DNA of 63,939 bases, the filler included. It is 5 parts of 5 records of this genome, joined end to end, with 100 filler letters (N's around TTAATTAATTAA, not from the genome) between each part and the next. Parts side by side here need not be neighbours in the genome. Positions count along the whole stretch, not along the records: positions 57,891 to 61,808 come from SRR33789315_6; positions 61,909 to 63,939 come from SRR33789315_100; 3 more parts are not named here. The stretch is one strand, 5' to 3'. Position 1 is the stretch's first letter. Each line of letters starts with the position of its first letter. The translations under genes were made by a program, and so were the position numbers. Below are positions 57,892 through 63,939 of the stretch, in pieces. The notes beneath the pieces were generated by a model that saw only the letters and a program-made list of their open reading frames with translations, was not told where the DNA came from and did not search any database.

Positions 57892-59679
57892 GATAATAAT
57901 TATATTTCTTTTATCGTTAAGGCAGGCGATAAGCAACATACCGATACATTTATAAAACAAATACCCGTTATCAAGCAAAGACCAGGATACTCGGCTGCTC
58001 AATATGAAGTTCTTGATACAGAGAAGTCAAAAGAGATTAATATAGAGTTTCCAGATGATATCTATCCTGATGTCGGTGGTCTCGAATTCACAGGCTCAAC
58101 TACTAGGTTAGGATTACTTGAAGATGGATTTAGTTATTTAAAAAAATATCCATATTCATGTTGGGAACAAAAACTAACTAAACTTGTTGGTGCGGCTCAA
58201 TTTTTAAAACTTGAAAAATATATAGGCAAGGGATTTAGCTGGATCCAGGCAAGTGCACTAATAAAAAAAACTATTGAAGAGATGCCAAATTATCAAACAT
58301 CAGATGGTGGAATGTCATATTATGGAAAGTATTCATCTGAATATCTCTCAGCCTATACTTTATTAGCTATTGGATGGATTGAGAAATATGGCTATTCAGT
58401 TGATCCAAGCTTAAAGCAAAAGTTGATCGCTTATTCAATGCGGTTGTTACGCAATGATATGTTTGATAAAGATTATAATAGTTCATTGAAAAATTCTATC
58501 CGAGCTATATTTCTTGCAGGATTATCCCAATTTAATTCTGTAGATAAAACAGAGATAGATAGATTTGCAGAAAAAATTCATGAACTAAGTACCTTTTCTA
58601 AATTTCATTACTATATTGCAACAATAAATACCAATAATGAAAATTCAAATAAGGCTATTCTTGCGGCTCTTTCAAATTTAGTTGTAGATGCTGCTAGTGT
58701 TCGTTTCAATGAAGTTCCTGAAAGTAGCTGGTATAGAATTCATTATTCCCCAAAACGTACACAGTGTTCGGCGTTAATGGCTTTGACGTTGGCTTATAAT
58801 AAAAATAATAATTTGAAACTCATTTCTGATTTGCCTGCGAAATTAGCAATGACAATTGCAAAAGATATGCAAACTAAAAGTAGTTTTTGGGAAAGCACGC
58901 AAAGTACTATTTATTGCATGAACGCGCTAATTGATTATTCCGAAACATTCGAGAAAGAAAAACCCGATCTTAAGTTGCTTATCAAAATTGCGGATAAAAT
59001 AATAGGAACTGATGAGTTTAAGGATTACTCACTTTCGGGCAAGAAAATTAAATATGAACTAACAGCTAAAGATGTCGGAAAGAAAAAGAAAGTAACTCTT
59101 GTTAAAGAAGGTACTGGAACTGCTTATGTTAAAACACTAATGAGCTTTTCATTTAAAGAGTCTGATCGTGAATTTAACAATGGAATTTCAGTGAAGAAGA
59201 TAGTTTCTGTAAAAAGAGATTCCAAGTGGATTGAAGTTAAAGCAGGAGACAAGTTAAAAAGAGGAGACCTGCTGAATGTTGATATTTTGTTAAACCTACC
59301 AACATTAAGACACTTTGTTGTAATTGATGATCCAATAGCTGGGGGAATGGAGCCCTTAAATGCACAGCTCGCGACAACTTCAATTGTAGATGACAATAAA
59401 GATGAAAGACTGGGTACTTATGAAAATAATTACTGGAAGGGAAACGAGTGGCTTTATTATGGAGAAAATAGATATACTTTTTATCATAAAGAGCTTCGCC
59501 ATGACAGAGCTTTGTTCTATAGTGAATATCTGATGCCTGGAAATTATCATGTAAGTTATAGGATGCAAGCTATTGCTACTGGAGAATTCTCTTCGATGCC
59601 AACAATTGCTAAAGAAATGTACAATCCCGAAGTTTTTGGTTCAATTACAGAAATGAGATTTAATGTTGAAGAAAAATAG
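57892..59679 (+). CDS. Bacterial alpha-2-macroglobulin, C-terminal part (5'-truncated)
   Basis: Frame open from the contig start; YPYSCWEQ thioester motif (58147-58170), W.STQ, DDPIAGGME, EMYNPE; upstream of pbpC. Confidence 0.92.
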   Translation, partial: DNNYISFIVKAGDKQHTDTFIKQIPVIKQRPGYSAAQYEVLDTEKSKEINIEFPDDIYPDVGGLEFTGSTTRLGLLEDGFSYLKKYPYSCWEQKLTKLVGAAQFLKLEKYIGKGFSWIQASALIKKTIEEMPNYQTSDGGMSYYGKYSSEYLSAYTLLAIGWIEKYGYSVDPSLKQKLIAYSMRLLRNDMFDKDYNSSLKNSIRAIFLAGLSQFNSVDKTEIDRFAEKIHELSTFSKFHYYIATINTNNENSNKAILAALSNLVVDAASVRFNEVPESSWYRIHYSPKRTQCSALMALTLAYNKNNNLKLISDLPAKLAMTIAKDMQTKSSFWESTQSTIYCMNALIDYSETFEKEKPDLKLLIKIADKIIGTDEFKDYSLSGKKIKYELTAKDVGKKKKVTLVKEGTGTAYVKTLMSFSFKESDREFNNGISVKKIVSVKRDSKWIEVKAGDKLKRGDLLNVDILLNLPTLRHFVVIDDPIAGGMEPLNAQLATTSIVDDNKDERLGTYENNYWKGNEWLYYGENRYTFYHKELRHDRALFYSEYLMPGNYHVSYRMQAIATGEFSSMPTIAKEMYNPEVFGSITEMRFNVEEK

Positions 59680-61738
59680 AAATAAAATATTCTCATTGTT
59701 TTTTGTTTGTCTCTTGCTTCTTTCAGCTGCAGATATAATAAGTAAAGTAGACCAAATAAACTTAGACGTATTAAGGGATAAACCTCATTTTTCAACGATC
59801 CTAGACCGAAACAAAAGTGAGTTGTCATTAAGTTATATGGATCATTGGAATCCAAATATTAGATCACTTGAATCTCATCCTTCACTACTTCTGAAAGGCT
59901 TAGTAGAGTCTGAAGATAAAAGGTTTTACTCTCATGCAGGAATAGATTTTCTGGCGAAAATAAGAGCTTTATACTTTAATGTTTTAAGACTTAATATTCA
60001 TCAAGGTGGAACTACTATATCTGAGCAAGTCGTAAGAATTCTTTTAAATTCTTCAAAAAGTGTTTGGAATAGATGGATTCAGATGTGGCTTTCGGTTGTT
60101 TTGGAATCAAAATTTTCAAAAAAAGAAATCTTAGAGTTCTATGTAAATCAAGCTCCATTTGCATCCAATCGTAGAGGATTTCATCAGGCTTCATATCTAT
60201 ATTTTAATAGAGATTTAGAAACACTAAGTTCAAGTGAACAGCTTGCTTTAATTGTCATGCTACAGTCTCCGAGTGCATATGATATTAGAAAACATCATGT
60301 CTTAGGAAAAAAGATTTCATATTTATCTTTAAAACTAGATTTAAAAGATTTTGATGAGAAAATTAATTTAGTTCGCTACAATTTTAAGCAAAAGATTAAT
60401 ATTAATTCTATTCAAGAATTTATTGTCTCAAATGCTAAACCAACAAACGGGAAAATTCATTCTACAATAGATAGTGCTATCCAAATTGAACTTTCGAAGA
60501 TACTGGCCGCTAGGTTGAAATCACTTAAATCTAGGGGGGCGTTTCATGGATCAGCTATGGTTGTTGACCATTTGAGCGGGGAAGTTCTTGCTATGATCAG
60601 TGAAAATGGTTCTAAAGATAGCTTCGGTTTTAATACCTCTCTCGTCCCAAGACAAACGGGTAGCACACTTAAGCCTTTTCTCTACGCTTCATATTTTATG
60701 AATGGAGGACGCCCTTTTAATCTTGTTGACGATTCGCCAATCTCTTCTGTAATCGCTGGCGGGTTACACGAGATTAATAATTATAGTCATCATTTTTACG
60801 GAGAGCTGTCAATGAGAGAAGCTCTTGGTAACTCTCTTAATGTACCTGCGATTAAAATTATGAGAAGAACTGGTGAGGAAACCTTATATAATAATTTGCA
60901 GCAAGCGGGGATCACATTACCAATGCCTGTATCCTATTATGGAGAAGGTCTTGCTTTGGGAAATTCGGAAATTAGTCTGTATGAAATGATGCAAGCTTAC
61001 ACTTGTTTGGCAAACAGAGGGCAATGTAAAAAACTTAAAATAGATCTGAATATTAGAAGCGAAAAAGCGCCTAGAATTTTTGATGATTATGTTTCAGATA
61101 TGATTTTGGATATTCTATCAGACCCAAAAGCTAGGATTAAAGAATTTGGTGATTATAGATTTAGTCACCAAGTTGCAGTGAAAACTGGAACAAGTACTGA
61201 TTTTCGAGATGCTTGGGCTTTTGGTATTAATCGTAAATATTTAGTTGGAGTTTGGGTTGGTCATTTAGATTCTCACGCTATGAATGAAGTGACAGGGGCT
61301 TATGCAGCTCTGCCTGTTGTAAGATCTATTATTGAAAGTAAATTATTAGAAAATGGTCAAGGCAAGTTTGCTTTATCGCCTAAACTTTACAAAGACACAT
61401 GGTGCGTGACTAAAAAAAATGAATGTGAGATGCGAGATGAGTTATTTGTAAAAGATGAAGAAAGAGTTGATCATTATCATCAATCAAAAAAAACATTCGA
61501 TTTAGTTCCTTCTTCATCCTTCCTTCATTTAGCTATTGATCCTCGGATACCTAGAGATAGGCAAGTCTTCATATTTAAAACGAATAAAGACACAAAAGTA
61601 AGCTGGTACGTAGATGGTGAACCTGCAGGTATGCTCGAAAAATTTGAGTTTAAATTAAAGAAAGGAACATTCAATATATCAGCCATAGATAGTTCTCAAT
61701 CAATAGAAAAAAATATTAAAGTTTACGTTCATGAATGA
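59663..61738 (+). CDS. pbpC: Penicillin-binding protein 1C
   Basis: EDKRF, GGTTISEQ (transglycosylase); GSTLKPF, SLN, KTGT (transpeptidase); coupled to the A2M gene. Confidence 0.88.
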   Translation: MLKKNRNKIFSLFFVCLLLLSAADIISKVDQINLDVLRDKPHFSTILDRNKSELSLSYMDHWNPNIRSLESHPSLLLKGLVESEDKRFYSHAGIDFLAKIRALYFNVLRLNIHQGGTTISEQVVRILLNSSKSVWNRWIQMWLSVVLESKFSKKEILEFYVNQAPFASNRRGFHQASYLYFNRDLETLSSSEQLALIVMLQSPSAYDIRKHHVLGKKISYLSLKLDLKDFDEKINLVRYNFKQKININSIQEFIVSNAKPTNGKIHSTIDSAIQIELSKILAARLKSLKSRGAFHGSAMVVDHLSGEVLAMISENGSKDSFGFNTSLVPRQTGSTLKPFLYASYFMNGGRPFNLVDDSPISSVIAGGLHEINNYSHHFYGELSMREALGNSLNVPAIKIMRRTGEETLYNNLQQAGITLPMPVSYYGEGLALGNSEISLYEMMQAYTCLANRGQCKKLKIDLNIRSEKAPRIFDDYVSDMILDILSDPKARIKEFGDYRFSHQVAVKTGTSTDFRDAWAFGINRKYLVGVWVGHLDSHAMNEVTGAYAALPVVRSIIESKLLENGQGKFALSPKLYKDTWCVTKKNECEMRDELFVKDEERVDHYHQSKKTFDLVPSSSFLHLAIDPRIPRDRQVFIFKTNKDTKVSWYVDGEPAGMLEKFEFKLKKGTFNISAIDSSQSIEKNIKVYVHE

Positions 61739-61808
61739 TTATTATCTCTTTCGCAAAATGCTTTATCATTTATTTAGTGTTAATATTTAAAATATGAAGA
61801 ATATACTC

Positions 61809-61908
61809 NNNNNNNNNNNNNNNNNNNNNNNNNNNNNNNNNNNNNNNNNNNNTTAATTAATTAANNNNNNNNNNNNNNNNNNNNNNNNNNNNNNNNNNNN
61901 NNNNNNNN
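61809..61908. other. Artificial contig linker
   Basis: N44-TTAATTAATTAA-N44. Confidence 0.99.
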
Positions 61909-62961
61909 TCGGTACATGGTGGTGGTTTTTATGAAGTATCGAAATATGCTTATGGCCCAGAAAAAATTCCAGAAACCCTCCATTGGTTTAAATGGGAAGC
62001 TTATAGTACATGGCTGAGTGGATTTCTATTGCTAGCTTTGATCTATTACCACGGCGCGACCATTTACTTGATCGACAGCAATGTTATGCAATTGACTGCA
62101 GGCGAAGCGATTACCCGAGGTTTAGGCTTGATTTTCGGCGGGCTGTTTATCTATGAAGCGGCTTGTCGTAGCCCATTAGGCCGCTCACCCACATACTTTG
62201 GCTTATTTCTATTAGCTTTGATAACGGTAGCCAGTTATTTAGCCTGTCACTGGTTTAGTGGTCGTGGCGCATTTATTCACGTTGGTGCCCTAATCGGAAC
62301 GATAATGGCTGGTAATGTATTTTTTAAAATCATGCCCGCTCAGCGACTGATGGTTAATGCAGTGGCTAACAAACAAGACATTGATCCGGCTTGGGGAGAA
62401 GCCGCCAAACTGCGCTCAGTACACAACAATTACTTCACCCTGCCCTTACTGTTTATCATGATCAGTAATCATTATCCGATGACCTATCAACATGAGTTGA
62501 ACTGGTTAATCTTGGTCGCTATAGGTGTCATTTCTGCGTGGATAAGACATTATTTTAATTTAAAACATCTCGGCATTAGTCGCCCTTCAGTATTAATTAC
62601 CGGAGCCTTGGGGATGCTGCTGTTGGCGCTTTGGATCAGTTGGCCTCGTGCAGAAAATACCAGTACCACTGTTTCTAATTCAAATACAGTTCAAAATGCA
62701 GAACCAATCAGTGACTTAGATAAAGCGGTTTTCGGTTTGATTACAACCCATTGTAGCAACTGTCATTCGGCTAAACCTACCGATGATATATTTGTGATTG
62801 CGCCCTTAGGTTTGATGTTAGATAACTGGCAACAAATAGAAGCTAAATCCGCTTTAATTTATCAACGTGCAGCAGTGACTAAAGATATGCCGATGATGAA
62901 TAAAACCGGTATGACTGATGAAGAGCGGCAAGTTATTGCTACTTGGTATAAGGCTCGCTAA
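61909..62961 (+). CDS. puuD: Urate hydroxylase PuuD with C-terminal cytochrome c (5'-truncated)
   Basis: VHGGGFY, HWFKWEAY.TWLSG, RSVHNNYFTLP, MISNHYP, CSNCH. Confidence 0.88.
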   Translation, partial: SVHGGGFYEVSKYAYGPEKIPETLHWFKWEAYSTWLSGFLLLALIYYHGATIYLIDSNVMQLTAGEAITRGLGLIFGGLFIYEAACRSPLGRSPTYFGLFLLALITVASYLACHWFSGRGAFIHVGALIGTIMAGNVFFKIMPAQRLMVNAVANKQDIDPAWGEAAKLRSVHNNYFTLPLLFIMISNHYPMTYQHELNWLILVAIGVISAWIRHYFNLKHLGISRPSVLITGALGMLLLALWISWPRAENTSTTVSNSNTVQNAEPISDLDKAVFGLITTHCSNCHSAKPTDDIFVIAPLGLMLDNWQQIEAKSALIYQRAAVTKDMPMMNKTGMTDEERQVIATWYKAR

Positions 62962-62997
62962 GCGAGAATTCTGGCCCTGGACAATTAGTATTTCTGA

Positions 62998-63804
62998 TTA
63001 TCCAGCACTACCTCCCGTAGTGATATGTAAAATATGGCCACAATGTTTGCAGTGAACCGCATCACTTTCGTGGCGATTCAAGCCACAATCTTCACACTCA
63101 TATTTAACTTTATTAGGTCGAAAAATCGTTTGAATTAAACGTAAAAATAATGAAATGCCGAAGATCATAATTAAAACGGCCAATATCCGCCCATCAGTCC
63201 CCAATAGGGTAATATCACCAAATCCAGTCGTCGTTAAGGTCGCGATAGTGAAATATAAGGCATCAATGTAATTAGAAATGCCCATATTTTTTTCATGTTG
63301 GCTTACAAAAACAATAGCGGTAATGACAAAAATAAACACCAGCAAGTTAACTACGCTAACTAAAATTTCTTCATTTGCACGAACAAAACTGGATTGTTGG
63401 CGAAGGGTTTTAAGCATGTGGTACGAACGCAGTAAACGTAGGGCTCGCGCTATACGTAAGAAACTAAAATTGGCTGCTAGTGAAGGGGCGAATAGCGATG
63501 CAATCACCACTAAATCAGCCAATCCAACGGGATGCAATGTATCCCGAATTTTATGCTTGCTGATCCAAGTTCTGGCTAAAAACTCAATAAGATAAAATAT
63601 ACCTATAGCTAATTCTAATGGGTGTAATTCCGCAACAAAGTGAAAAAATGATGAGATAATAAAATATAAAATAGTGAGTGCATCAAAACCTAAAAGCCAC
63701 CACCGAAATTGCGTGGATACGCTAGAATTGCCGTGATACAAAAACTCTATTTTAGCGCGTAAACCTTGCATCGTTGAGTGAGAACTTGCGTTTTTTGTTT
63801 TCAT
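62998..63804 (-). CDS. Voltage-gated-type potassium channel family protein
   Basis: LRIARALRLLR S4-like helix, TTTGFGD filter, C-terminal CxxC...CxxC. Confidence 0.9.
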   Translation of the reverse strand: MKTKNASSHSTMQGLRAKIEFLYHGNSSVSTQFRWWLLGFDALTILYFIISSFFHFVAELHPLELAIGIFYLIEFLARTWISKHKIRDTLHPVGLADLVVIASLFAPSLAANFSFLRIARALRLLRSYHMLKTLRQQSSFVRANEEILVSVVNLLVFIFVITAIVFVSQHEKNMGISNYIDALYFTIATLTTTGFGDITLLGTDGRILAVLIMIFGISLFLRLIQTIFRPNKVKYECEDCGLNRHESDAVHCKHCGHILHITTGGSAG

Positions 63805-63890
63805 GAAAGACTCAGTCCTTGAGGTGTAGACATATTTTCACCTTATTAATATCACGTTTGATGAGCATGGCTAAGTCAAACCAAGACAGA

Positions 63891-63939
63891 TTAACTAGCA
63901 CTGGGTGACTGATTAAAGTGTCGCTTAAATTCACGACTA
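63891..63939 (-). CDS. C-terminal fragment of an AraC-family regulator
   Basis: SREFKRHFNQSPSAS*, matching the AraC FSRxFKxxFGxSP end. Confidence 0.65.
   Translation of the reverse strand, partial: SREFKRHFNQSPSAS

Overview
The window is not one locus. It holds five contigs joined by 100-nt N-linkers containing TTAATTAATTAA (gaps 28942-29041, 42308-42407, 57791-57890, 61809-61908). Contig 1 (1-28941) is Flavobacteriaceae-like housekeeping DNA: tRNA-Pro, trxB, aroB, ald, tsaE-porX, lpxD-lpxC/fabZ-lpxA-efp, sucD, fabG and an attenuated his operon carrying a four-helix-bundle gene and REP-like insertions. Contig 2 (29042-42307) is also Flavobacteriaceae-like: bioD/bioF, a DUF2975-XRE unit, an M61 peptidase, an ArnT/GT2 cluster, a T9SS cargo protein and atpC/atpD. 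Contig 3 (42408-57790) comes from a different AT-rich organism, tentatively Bdellovibrionota. It holds the main result, a ~10.6-kb candidate RiPP-like cluster (43964-54590) built around two paralogous 57-58 aa peptides with a near-identical core motif and C-terminal poly-arginine tails; one of them is missing from the ORF track. The cluster also encodes a stand-alone PqqD/RRE protein, a 2OG-Fe(II) oxygenase, an O-carbamoyltransferase, two different PLP enzymes, a twin-domain glycosyltransferase, two paralogous His-motif membrane proteins and a GyrI-like protein. I do not recognise this combination as a described class, but could not search to confirm. Contig 4 is an alpha-2-macroglobulin/pbpC pair. 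Contig 5 is a gammaproteobacterial-like puuD, K+ channel and AraC fragment. All calls rest on motif recognition by eye; no database searches were run.
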